From: Candidatus Stahliibacteriota bacterium
GTDB lineage: Bacteria > Hydrothermota > UBA3072
DNA length: 23,348 nt
Direction of reading: 5' to 3'
Assembly: GCA_030668705.1 (NCBI GenBank)
Contig: DAOVFB010000018.1
Span: forward strand, 1-23,348
Below are positions 15,782 to 23,348 of the stretch, one piece after another; the stretch's first letter is position 1, and every line of letters starts with the position of its first letter. Position numbers and translations under genes: made by a program. Below the pieces are notes generated by a model. The model was not told the DNA's origin. It saw only the letters and a program-made list of their open reading frames with translations, and ran no database searches.

Positions 15782-17104
15782 ATGTCAGTTACAATATTTC
15801 TTCTAATGGGAACGCTTTCAGCCTTATTACCTGAGTTAACCTCCTTAAACGAGAGAATGATAAGGGAAAAAGACATAACTCTTCCCTATGGTGTCATACC
15901 TTTATTCAGGGAAGAAGACGGGATAAGACTATCTCTATATTCTACCGTAGATACCGTAAAATACACCCAACTTAGCCCTATCATCCAATATAAGGAAAAT
16001 GGCTGGGGGTTCAACTTCGCTCCACTCCTTCGTATGGGTTTCGCACATATCTATCCAACTCGAAAGAAATTTGGTGTCTATGCTGACTTCATACGAGGTT
16101 CTATCTTCTATAAGAATGACAATTTAATCCTCTCCAGTGGGAAAGATATCTTTTCCATAGGAGGTTCATTTGAGCACAACCCTGTCCTATCTCCCAATCT
16201 ACCCTTAAACTATGCTCGGTTTATCTATATCGGTGACAATTTTTCATTTTCGCAATTCATAGCAAGGTTTGACGACTATGAAGGGGTAGAAAATATCTGG
16301 GCGGGTGGATATAGCTCTGATACTGCATTATTCCAGAGATATCTTGGCATCCACCGACTGGAATTTAAACCTACCAAAAGAATCGGAATTTCCTTCAGTG
16401 AGGTAATGCTAATTGGTGGTGAATCGGGAGGATTTCCTTTTGAGTTGCTTTCCCCGCTAACAATATACTATGCAGAGCAGTTTAATAAGGATAGGAATGT
16501 TAATATTCTATGGAATATAGATGCAAAAGTAATATTTAATAATTTCCTCTTCTATCTGGATTTCTTTATAGACGATTTCCAGTATGAAGAAGATCTATGG
16601 AAAGAACCGAACCATATAGGAATTTATGCGGGTATCCAGGGAGTTGACCTTATTAAAGAAGGATCACGACTCTTACTATCATATAACTTGATGACACGAT
16701 GGTGCTACTGTAATTTAAGGGTCTGGCAGAGGTATACTGATGGGGAATTCCCACTGGGATCACCACTCGGAAATGATTATGATAGATTCTACCTCCAGGC
16801 TCTTTATCCTCTTTCTTCTTTCCATGCAGGACTCGAATTTTCCTTTACACGTAGGGGAGAAAACAAAATAGATACCCCATGGCCGGTAAATACAGACTCT
16901 GACCCAACACCCGATAATCAATTTTCAGGTACGAATTTCCTTTCAGGAACAATCGAGAAAAGACAGAGTATTTCATCCATTATAAGATATAAATCTCTAT
17001 TTACTTTAAAAGCGGGGTTTTACCATATCCAGAACTATAGGCACCAGGATGGGATAACAAAAACAGAGCCACTACTGCAACTCAAAATCAATTATCATCT
17101 ATAA
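15782..17104 (+). CDS. Secreted protein of unknown family, possibly an outer-membrane beta-barrel (Wzi/capsule-assembly-like is only a guess)
   Basis: 440-aa ORF, the only long plus-strand gene. It has a hydrophobic N-terminal signal-like segment (VTIFLLMGTLSALL) and abundant alternating aromatic/hydrophobic beta-strand-like stretches (VNILWNIDAKVIF, LEFSFTRRG, FTLKAGFYHIQNY). I recognise no catalytic motif. Confidence 0.55.
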   Translation: MSVTIFLLMGTLSALLPELTSLNERMIREKDITLPYGVIPLFREEDGIRLSLYSTVDTVKYTQLSPIIQYKENGWGFNFAPLLRMGFAHIYPTRKKFGVYADFIRGSIFYKNDNLILSSGKDIFSIGGSFEHNPVLSPNLPLNYARFIYIGDNFSFSQFIARFDDYEGVENIWAGGYSSDTALFQRYLGIHRLEFKPTKRIGISFSEVMLIGGESGGFPFELLSPLTIYYAEQFNKDRNVNILWNIDAKVIFNNFLFYLDFFIDDFQYEEDLWKEPNHIGIYAGIQGVDLIKEGSRLLLSYNLMTRWCYCNLRVWQRYTDGEFPLGSPLGNDYDRFYLQALYPLSSFHAGLEFSFTRRGENKIDTPWPVNTDSDPTPDNQFSGTNFLSGTIEKRQSISSIIRYKSLFTLKAGFYHIQNYRHQDGITKTEPLLQLKINYHL

Positions 17105-17133
17105 AATAGATACGGGTTACAGACATAAACCTA

Positions 17134-18111
17134 CTACACAGAGCTAACGAGCAGTCTATCGCACATAAACTTATCCAGCGGTTCCACTGTAATAATTTTC
17201 CCATCTGGCAATTTAACCTTAGCAGGGCCACTCCCTGCATATCTTGCGAGGATTCTTGCGGCAAGTAGGGAATCATCCCTTTCAGGAACGCCGCGTTGTC
17301 CCTTGAATCTCCCTTTACACTCAAAGAACCTGCCCGATGGACCTTTCGCATCCACAAGTTCAAAGAGAGATGAGCTATCTTCGCCTAATATCTTACCCTC
17401 TTTTTCATTCCGACTTACAATAAAAAGGGACTCATTTAAATAAAAGTGACGTCCTATACCCACAAGAGGTATGAGGCCTTCATTAAAACTGCACTGTTCT
17501 ATTGCAACAGAAAGACGTTCTGAATAAACCTTACTGGTGAGAATACACCCTCCAGCCGGCGAGCCAAATTCTGATACATTAAATTTTCCTACCAACCTCA
17601 TCTGCAACTTTCTACTCCTGCCTGAAATCCCATAAAGTGTCTCTCTGTTTATGATACCTTCTCTTTCTGGACGGGTAGGCTTTAACAACTTGGCAGAAAG
17701 GGGACGAAGGGTTATATCCCCGAGCCCACTTAATCTATCAATTGCGGATAATCCTTCCCTCGTTTGAGAAAATGGCCTCTGTCCCAATACATCGCCCGTA
17801 ATTAGAAATTCTGCTTCCATCTTTCGTAACAATTGATATGCTTCCTTTATCATAAGAGCATGACAATCGATACAGGGATTCATTCCCTTTCCATAACCAT
17901 ACTCAGGATGCAATAAAATTTCAAAATGCTTATGAGAAATATCAACAGTTACCAGATCCAAACTATTTGCCCTAGCATATTTATGAGCCTTTACAGTATC
18001 GAAGAAGTGACTCAGGAATGCAACTGGCACTACTTCCAGCCCCTGAGTCTGAATTATTTTTACAGCGAGAACAGAATCTAATCCCCCCGAAAAAAGAGCT
18101 ACTGCCTTCAT
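17134..18111 (-). CDS. PP-loop ATP pyrophosphatase of the ThiI / tRNA-thiolation type, lacking an N-terminal THUMP domain
   Basis: 325-aa ORF with SGGLDS (PP-loop) at residues 8-13, a ThiI-like ITGDVLGQRPFSQTREGL motif (compare ThiI TGESLGQVASQT), the Cys-containing NPCIDCH motif, and a ~130-aa C-terminal extension of unknown fold. Confidence 0.6.
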   Translation of the reverse strand: MKAVALFSGGLDSVLAVKIIQTQGLEVVPVAFLSHFFDTVKAHKYARANSLDLVTVDISHKHFEILLHPEYGYGKGMNPCIDCHALMIKEAYQLLRKMEAEFLITGDVLGQRPFSQTREGLSAIDRLSGLGDITLRPLSAKLLKPTRPEREGIINRETLYGISGRSRKLQMRLVGKFNVSEFGSPAGGCILTSKVYSERLSVAIEQCSFNEGLIPLVGIGRHFYLNESLFIVSRNEKEGKILGEDSSSLFELVDAKGPSGRFFECKGRFKGQRGVPERDDSLLAARILARYAGSGPAKVKLPDGKIITVEPLDKFMCDRLLVSSV

Positions 18112-18743
18112 TCGGGCAGAATATCAATTACAATTCTACGGTTCTTTGCTCTCCCCTCAGGAGTTGCATTGGGAACAACAGGATGATATTCCCCATAGGC
18201 AACTGCAGTAAGAAGCTCTGGAGCTATACCCACTTCGGAAATTAAATATTTAACAACGTTAACAGCTCTTTTGGCAGACAAATCCCAGTTTGTCGGATAT
18301 TCTTCGCGAAGGCTCCCCGAGATTTTTGTGTTATCGGTATGACCTTCTATCATAATCTTTCTATCTTCCATACTTTTCAGTATATTTGCAATTTTAAATA
18401 ACATCTCTCTCCCTTCATCACTCAGATCTACACTACCCGGAGGAAACAATTTCTTCCCGGGAAGTGTAATAGAAATCTCCTCCCTTACCTGCTCAACCTC
18501 TATTCCCTCAATCATATCCTTTATATCCTGTGCAATATAATTCCCTGCTGGTTTTTCTATATCAATAGTATCTTCCATTGGTTTTTCTTTCCTCAGCTCA
18601 TTCACTACCGATACGAGTGTCATGTTTTCTTTTTTATATTGAAGCAATTCAGTCTGAAGGGGATAGTATTCCCTGACATAGAAATATCCAAAACCTAATA
18701 GCATTAAGAACATTATTAAAATACAAGCAACATCTCTCCTCAT
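18108..18743 (-). CDS. OmpA/MotB-family peptidoglycan-binding protein with a single N-terminal TM helix and a coiled coil
   Basis: 211-aa ORF. It has the OmpA_C-like domain (GHTDNTKISGSLREEYPTNWDLSAKRAVNVVKYL...GRAKNRRIVIDI) and an N-terminal TM segment (ILIMFLMLLGFGYFYV). Confidence 0.8.
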   Translation of the reverse strand: MRRDVACILIMFLMLLGFGYFYVREYYPLQTELLQYKKENMTLVSVVNELRKEKPMEDTIDIEKPAGNYIAQDIKDMIEGIEVEQVREEISITLPGKKLFPPGSVDLSDEGREMLFKIANILKSMEDRKIMIEGHTDNTKISGSLREEYPTNWDLSAKRAVNVVKYLISEVGIAPELLTAVAYGEYHPVVPNATPEGRAKNRRIVIDILPE

Positions 18744-18751
18744 TTTTCCTC

Positions 18752-20791
18752 CTAAAAGTGAAATTTATCTATCGTCTCAATGGGTCTGTTCTCAATCCCA
18801 ACCTTCCCACCATGAAGAGAACAGAGCCTTTTGGGAACATCCCCCTTTCTAAATATTTCTTTTCTTACTTTAGGGCACTTTGGAGTGGCGAGTTCTCCAC
18901 TCTCAGTGCATACATATCTATAAGTAATACCCTCTGGCTCGCGGAACTGATAATTCTCCGTTGAATCAACTACAGCTTTCATAAAATCTGTCCAAATCGG
19001 CAGGGCAACACCTGCTCCTGAAGCATGCCCCCCTATCCTCTTAGGATAATCATATCCAACCCAGACGCCCATAGCAAGATACGGAGTAAACCCCATAAAC
19101 CAGGCGTCTGTAAAATTATCGGTAGTACCCGTTTTCCCTGCGGCTGGCAATTTAAAACCTCTTCGTCTTGCACCATAAGCTGTTCCTTCATCAAACACAC
19201 TCTGCAACATATTAAGCATTATATAGGCTGTCTCCTCTGAAAGAACCCTTTCCCTTACGATCCTATTTTCATAGACAACATTCCCATATCTATCTTCCAC
19301 CTTTAATATAAATATTGGTTCGACCTTTTCCCCCATATTTGCCAGTGTTGAATAAGCCCTTACCATTTCAAGCAAGGTTACACTGGAGGTGCCGAGAGGG
19401 ATAGTGAGAACTGGATCAAGATAACTCTCAATGCCCATTAAATGCGCATAATCAACAACTGTAAACGGCCCAACTTCCTGGCAAAGACGTATTGCTGCAT
19501 TGTTACGTGACTTGCTTAACGCTTTTCTTAATGTAATTTTTCCCATAAAGGAACTATCGTAGTTTGCAGGGGCATAGATTTGCCCTGCAATTTCCTTAAC
19601 AACAGGAAGATCAAATACGAAATCAGAAGGGGAAAACCCATTATCGATAGCCGCTGTGTATAGGAATGGTTTAAAAGAGGACCCAGCCAATCTTTTCCCC
19701 TGGGTAGCCCTGCTAAATTGGCTATGGCGGAAGTCTCTGCCTCCGACAAGAGCCAGCACATAACCAGTTTCTGACTCCAGCACTACAATAGCACCCTGGA
19801 TGTATGGAATGTTCTCAGAATAAATTAAAGAATCGGGCATGGAATTCTTAGGGGTAAGATGCCAGTATTTCTCAACCCGGTTTAGACCGACTTCTATAAG
19901 GCTATCCGCCAGCATCTGCATCTTTTTATCCATTGCTATATGGACCTTATACCCACCCCAGGTCCTGTATGCACTTCCGAATATAGAATTCATTTGCCTT
20001 TTCACTTCATTGATATAATACGGTCCAATTCTATTCTGATTGCTGTGATCTACTACGGAAAGAGATTCCACAAGGGCTGAATCCATTTGCTGTGCACTAA
20101 TATACCCCTCCGCAAGTAACTCTTTCAGAACAAAATCTCGCCTCTCCTTAAATCTTTGTTGGTCATTGTATGGTGAATAACGTCCAGGGGACCTTATGAG
20201 ACCTACCAATGCAGCTGCTTCAGATAGAGAAACGGAATCAATTTCCTTATCAAAATAGTATTCTGATGCAGCCCCTACACCATAATTACCATATCCAAAG
20301 TATATTTCATTTAAATACATCTCAAGGATCTTATCCTTGGTATAGTGACGGTCAATGAAGAGAGCCAGGTATATCTCTTTCGTTTTTCGAATAATAGTCT
20401 TTTTAAGATGAAGAAATATATTTCTGGAAAGCTGCTGGGTAATTGTACTTGCTCCCTGAACATACTTTCGCTTTATTAGATCCACCCACGCAGCTTTTAA
20501 AATCCTTTCGAAATTTATCCCGCAATGCTCATAAAAATCTTTGTCTTCAACCGCGATAGCAGCATTTGATATATAATCTGGAATTGAATCCAGACTCACG
20601 GGAATTCGGCGCTGCTGATAGACTTCACCGATCAATTCACCATTTATATCATAGATCCTGGTTGTGAGTATCGGTTCATAATACTTTATACTCGTCACAT
20701 CGGGTAGATCGCTGATGATCCACAAATTTATTCCAGCGAAAGAACCAAGTATAAAAAAGATTATAGATAAAATGATTAATCGACGGGTCAT
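18752..20791 (-). CDS. mrcA: Class A penicillin-binding protein (PBP1A-type bifunctional transglycosylase/transpeptidase)
   Basis: 679-aa ORF. GT51 motifs: EDKDFYEHCGI and GASTITQQL. Transpeptidase motifs: SSFKPF (SxxK), SRN (SxN) and KTGTT. Confidence 0.9.
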   Translation of the reverse strand: MTRRLIILSIIFFILGSFAGINLWIISDLPDVTSIKYYEPILTTRIYDINGELIGEVYQQRRIPVSLDSIPDYISNAAIAVEDKDFYEHCGINFERILKAAWVDLIKRKYVQGASTITQQLSRNIFLHLKKTIIRKTKEIYLALFIDRHYTKDKILEMYLNEIYFGYGNYGVGAASEYYFDKEIDSVSLSEAAALVGLIRSPGRYSPYNDQQRFKERRDFVLKELLAEGYISAQQMDSALVESLSVVDHSNQNRIGPYYINEVKRQMNSIFGSAYRTWGGYKVHIAMDKKMQMLADSLIEVGLNRVEKYWHLTPKNSMPDSLIYSENIPYIQGAIVVLESETGYVLALVGGRDFRHSQFSRATQGKRLAGSSFKPFLYTAAIDNGFSPSDFVFDLPVVKEIAGQIYAPANYDSSFMGKITLRKALSKSRNNAAIRLCQEVGPFTVVDYAHLMGIESYLDPVLTIPLGTSSVTLLEMVRAYSTLANMGEKVEPIFILKVEDRYGNVVYENRIVRERVLSEETAYIMLNMLQSVFDEGTAYGARRRGFKLPAAGKTGTTDNFTDAWFMGFTPYLAMGVWVGYDYPKRIGGHASGAGVALPIWTDFMKAVVDSTENYQFREPEGITYRYVCTESGELATPKCPKVRKEIFRKGDVPKRLCSLHGGKVGIENRPIETIDKFHF

Positions 20792-22110
20792 AGAGAGAAA
20801 TACCGAATAAATTCAATAGCAGAGGGCCTACTCTCTATATCCCAAAATTCTTTCCTCTTTGCATCGCACCACCTATCCAAAATCCACTCAGGGAATATGC
20901 CATCTCTCGTTAGGAAATCTTTGTCCTTCATAAGTGCATTCGCCGCTTCCAGAAGATTACATGGAAGTTCTTCAAGTGTTCCCTTTTGCTCCTTTTTGCC
21001 CATAGATGTCTTCACGCCATCTAACCCGGAAAGCAATATAACCGAAAGAGCAAGATATGGATTACATGTAGCATCAGGCGGACGGTATTCAATATCAATG
21101 TCTCCTCCCTCAAAATAATCAGGTATCCTTATAGCTGATTCTCGGCCACCCACTGAATAAGAAAGCTTCCGTGGACTTTCAAAGCCGGAAGTTAGCCTTT
21201 TATAAGAATTTGTAGTTGGATTGGTGAAAGAAGAGATAGCTTTTCCATGTTTTAATATCCCTTTTGCAAACGATTTTAAATCATAAGATAGATGCTCTTT
21301 ATCTTTTTCGTCATAGAAAATGGAGCTACCGTTTTTCTTCAAAAGAAGATGGAAATGCAATCCACTGCCTGGTTCTCCATAAATAGGCTTGGGCATGAAT
21401 GTAGCCACCAAGTTATAAGAATTGGCAACCCTTTGCACAATATATTTCCCCAGCAACACATTCTCTGCTGTTGTTACGGGATCAGATGATAATAGCTCTA
21501 TCTCAGATTGGCTAAAACTCCCTACCTCATGATGCCCATATTTCACCCCTATTCCAACCTCCCCAAAGACTGCCATTAGATGGGAGCGGAAATCCTTCTG
21601 GAGATCCAATGGGTAATCTGCATGGTAACCGTTACATCCCGGATAACCCTCCCGAGTTTGTATATCAATTGTTGAAAAAAGCGGGCTGTTTTGATAATTA
21701 CACCCGTCAAAAACATAGAATTCTAATTCAGGCAATGTAAGGATTTCATCCGCTATATCCTCTTCCTTTAGGATGGAAACCGTCTTCTCAAGTATTCTCC
21801 TGGGGTCACCATCAAAATACCCTCTTCCTTTCGTAAGAAATAACTTTCCAAAAAGAATCAAAGTTGGAATCGGAGAAAATGGGTCCGGGTAGTAATGAGT
21901 CAAGTCAGGTTTAATGACCATATCGCTGTTTTTCTCATCCATAAGACCCAGAGATGAACCATCCACCCCGATGCCTTTTTCAATAAAGTAATCTAATTGT
22001 TTGACTGGAAAATTTATACTCCTTAATCTTCCCTCTAAAGAAGTATAACGAACATCAATAAATTCTATATTTTCATCTTGAATAAATTTTCTTATATCCA
22101 CTGTTAGCAT
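20788..22110 (-). CDS. glnA: Glutamine synthetase (short type I-like, 440 aa)
   Basis: GS signatures: GVDGSSL (N-terminal beta-grasp), KPIYGEPGSGLHFHLLL (ATP-binding GSGMH-like region) and NPTTNSYKRL. Confidence 0.8.
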   Translation of the reverse strand: MLTVDIRKFIQDENIEFIDVRYTSLEGRLRSINFPVKQLDYFIEKGIGVDGSSLGLMDEKNSDMVIKPDLTHYYPDPFSPIPTLILFGKLFLTKGRGYFDGDPRRILEKTVSILKEEDIADEILTLPELEFYVFDGCNYQNSPLFSTIDIQTREGYPGCNGYHADYPLDLQKDFRSHLMAVFGEVGIGVKYGHHEVGSFSQSEIELLSSDPVTTAENVLLGKYIVQRVANSYNLVATFMPKPIYGEPGSGLHFHLLLKKNGSSIFYDEKDKEHLSYDLKSFAKGILKHGKAISSFTNPTTNSYKRLTSGFESPRKLSYSVGGRESAIRIPDYFEGGDIDIEYRPPDATCNPYLALSVILLSGLDGVKTSMGKKEQKGTLEELPCNLLEAANALMKDKDFLTRDGIFPEWILDRWCDAKRKEFWDIESRPSAIEFIRYFSL

Positions 22111-22201
22111 AATAATAATATCCCATCCCTTAAAGTCAAGGATTGGTCATAAAGAAAGTTAGTGCAATTACCAGGGCTGCTTACCCTTCAACTAAAAGAC
22201 T

Positions 22202-22708
22202 TCAATCAAGGGGAAATTCTTCTATCTTTACTTTTCTGCCAATTATTAAAGCTCCAACTCTATTTGTTTTCATTTGTGTATTCAAAAAAAGTTCCTGTCC
22301 TTTCGCACGATCGGCGGTTTGTTCTACTATTATAACAATACCTTTGTCCTTCAGAATCCTCCGCACTTCCTTATAAACCAATAACATCTCCGAACCAAAT
22401 TGCTGCAGCCATGAAGTGGAATACCAGAACAACACACCATCTATTGAATTGTTACGAAAAGGGAGTTGGTTCGCATCTGCTTTCATAGGTTGTATCCTCT
22501 CCGCTATATTTCTATCAATTTTCCCACACCGAACTGCCTCCTCTAAATTTTCTTTGAATTTTTCCATCCTCTGGTATCGATCAATTGCAATGACACTCTT
22601 TCCCTTTGAAGCCAGAGTTAATGAAGGTTTTATATTATCCCATGAGCCAACATCAATAACAATGCTCTCCGGTTCAAATAGGGAATTAGCAACCAATTCA
22701 TCAATCAT
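22202..22708 (-). CDS. Class I SAM-dependent methyltransferase-like protein with a degenerate motif I
   Basis: 168-aa ORF with VIDVGSWDN in place of GxGxG, followed by IDGVLF and LKDKGIVII in a Rossmann-MTase-like order. It is the first gene of the glnA-PBP1A operon. Confidence 0.45.
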   Translation of the reverse strand: MIDELVANSLFEPESIVIDVGSWDNIKPSLTLASKGKSVIAIDRYQRMEKFKENLEEAVRCGKIDRNIAERIQPMKADANQLPFRNNSIDGVLFWYSTSWLQQFGSEMLLVYKEVRRILKDKGIVIIVEQTADRAKGQELFLNTQMKTNRVGALIIGRKVKIEEFPLD

Positions 22709-22867
22709 TTGAGTTAGAGAATAGAGTTAAAATTCTTATTGTCAACTCTCCACCACATTTTCCCCATCTATGCATCTACCCACCACCCAAAGAATAGACA
22801 CTGATTTTCACTGATATTAACTGATATAGTTAAATAGTTGAGTAGTTGAGTCGTTGATTAGGAAAAA

Positions 22868-22912
22868 CCCAATGAACCCAACGAACCCTACGAACTCAAT
22901 AAACCCAGAACA
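22868..22912. repeat. 9-bp tandem repeat cccaaygaa, about 5 units with drift
   Basis: Reads cccaatgaa cccaacgaa ccctacgaa ctcaataaa cccagaaca. The inverted copy on the left side (8742..8760, ggttcgttgggttcattg) has only about 2 units. Confidence 0.75.
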
Positions 22913-23176
22913 CACCACCAAAGATTAGCCACGGCAAACTCACGGTTAACTCTTTGTTGGAAAACACACACCTCCAGGAAATGAAACCGCAGATACACGC
23001 AGATAAAGACACACACCACACAAAGAATAGACGCAGATTTACACAGATTGGAACTGATTAATATAAACTAAGAACACTGAACTCAGAATTAAATTTTAGA
23101 CACTGATTTTCACTGATATTAACGGATATAGTTAAATAGTTGAGTAGTTGAGTCGTTAAGTTGGTAAAAAAATAAA

Positions 23177-23192
23177 CCTAAGACCTAAGACC
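23177..23192. repeat. 8-bp tandem repeat cctaagac x2
   Basis: The inverted homologue on the left side (8553..8615) is expanded into a longer GT-rich run of ggtcttagg / ggttagg / ggttgg-like units. Confidence 0.6.
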
Positions 23193-23262
23193 AAACACCT
23201 AATAATTCCACAGGGGCAGTCAGAGAACACAGAGAAGAATTATTTTTATTGTGGGAGAAAGA

Positions 23263-23348
23263 TTAGCAGGTAAGGTGCAGACAGGCTACTACATTCTGTT
23301 TCTTTTTCATGGCTTCATTGAAGGCTAGGACTGCTTCATTTGTCTTAA
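23263..23348 (-). pseudogene. 3' end of a second sigma-70/ECF-like 5' fragment on the minus strand (partial, runs off the window), ending at a TAA that abuts the repeat array
   Basis: Minus-strand translation is ...TNEAVLAFNEAMKKKQNVVACLHLTC*. It parallels the 8424..8546 fragment in protein (EAYGELVKKYMKRAYNTACVHL versus LAFNEAMKKKQNVVACLHL) and in nucleotides (...aatacagcctgtgttcatctg versus ...aatgtagtagcctgtctgcacctt). It is followed by the same Z-module (attattaggtgtttggtcttagg) as the left copy. Confidence 0.3.

Larger units (their letters stand above)
22751..23262. repeat. Composite modular repeat array, the inverted counterpart of 8547..9012 and the direct counterpart of 7946..8105
   Basis: Contains two direct copies of a ~65-bp module: agacactgattttcactgatattaac(t/g)gatatagttaaatagttgagtagttgagtcgtt at 22796..22863 and 23098..23164, with 2 mismatches. 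Heptamer triplets at 10-bp phase sit at 22799/22809/22819, 22985/22995, 23031/23041/23051 and 23101/23111/23121. Confidence 0.75.

Overview
This is an AT-rich bacterial window, probably from an uncultivated organism with a Gram-negative-type envelope; it shows an LpxL-family acyltransferase, an OmpA/MotB-like protein and PBP1A. Nearly all genes are tightly packed and often overlapping on the minus strand.

From left to right: (i) 1..93 holds the N-terminal fragment of an IS200/RAYT-like HUH transposase. (ii) A 10-gene minus-strand operon (126..7847) encodes a CYTH protein, a polysaccharide deacetylase, a GT4 glycosyltransferase, an LpxL/HtrB-family acyltransferase, dUTPase, two class-I aminotransferase-fold proteins (one degenerate), an M16 peptidase and a PaaI thioesterase. 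(iii) 7946..9012 is a ~1.1-kb structured non-coding region carrying a 40-aa ECF-sigma 5' fragment. (iv) A second minus operon encodes ftsY, a GT2 polyprenyl-phosphate glycosyltransferase, UDP-glucuronate decarboxylase, tyrS, an SPFH/band-7 protein and tRNA-Met(CAU). (v) A 4-gene Psp-like envelope-stress operon (DUF2089 ZnR-HTH regulator, a putative toast-rack protein and SHOCT-like proteins) is divergently transcribed from a beta-barrel-like secreted protein, across an AT-rich region with two near-consensus promoters. (vi) A third minus operon encodes a ThiI-like PP-loop ATPase, an OmpA/MotB-like protein, PBP1A, glutamine synthetase and a methyltransferase-like protein. (vii) 22751..23262 is a second structured repeat region, ending at another truncated sigma-like 5' fragment on the minus strand.

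The most notable signal is that the two repeat regions are modular inverted copies of one another. The best module is 71 bp with 2 mismatches. Both are built from heptamers (consensus roughly MMCNGAT) spaced exactly 10 bp apart in triplets, and both abut sigma-factor 5' fragments that read inward. Together they bracket the ~13.7 kb of housekeeping genes at 9020..22740.
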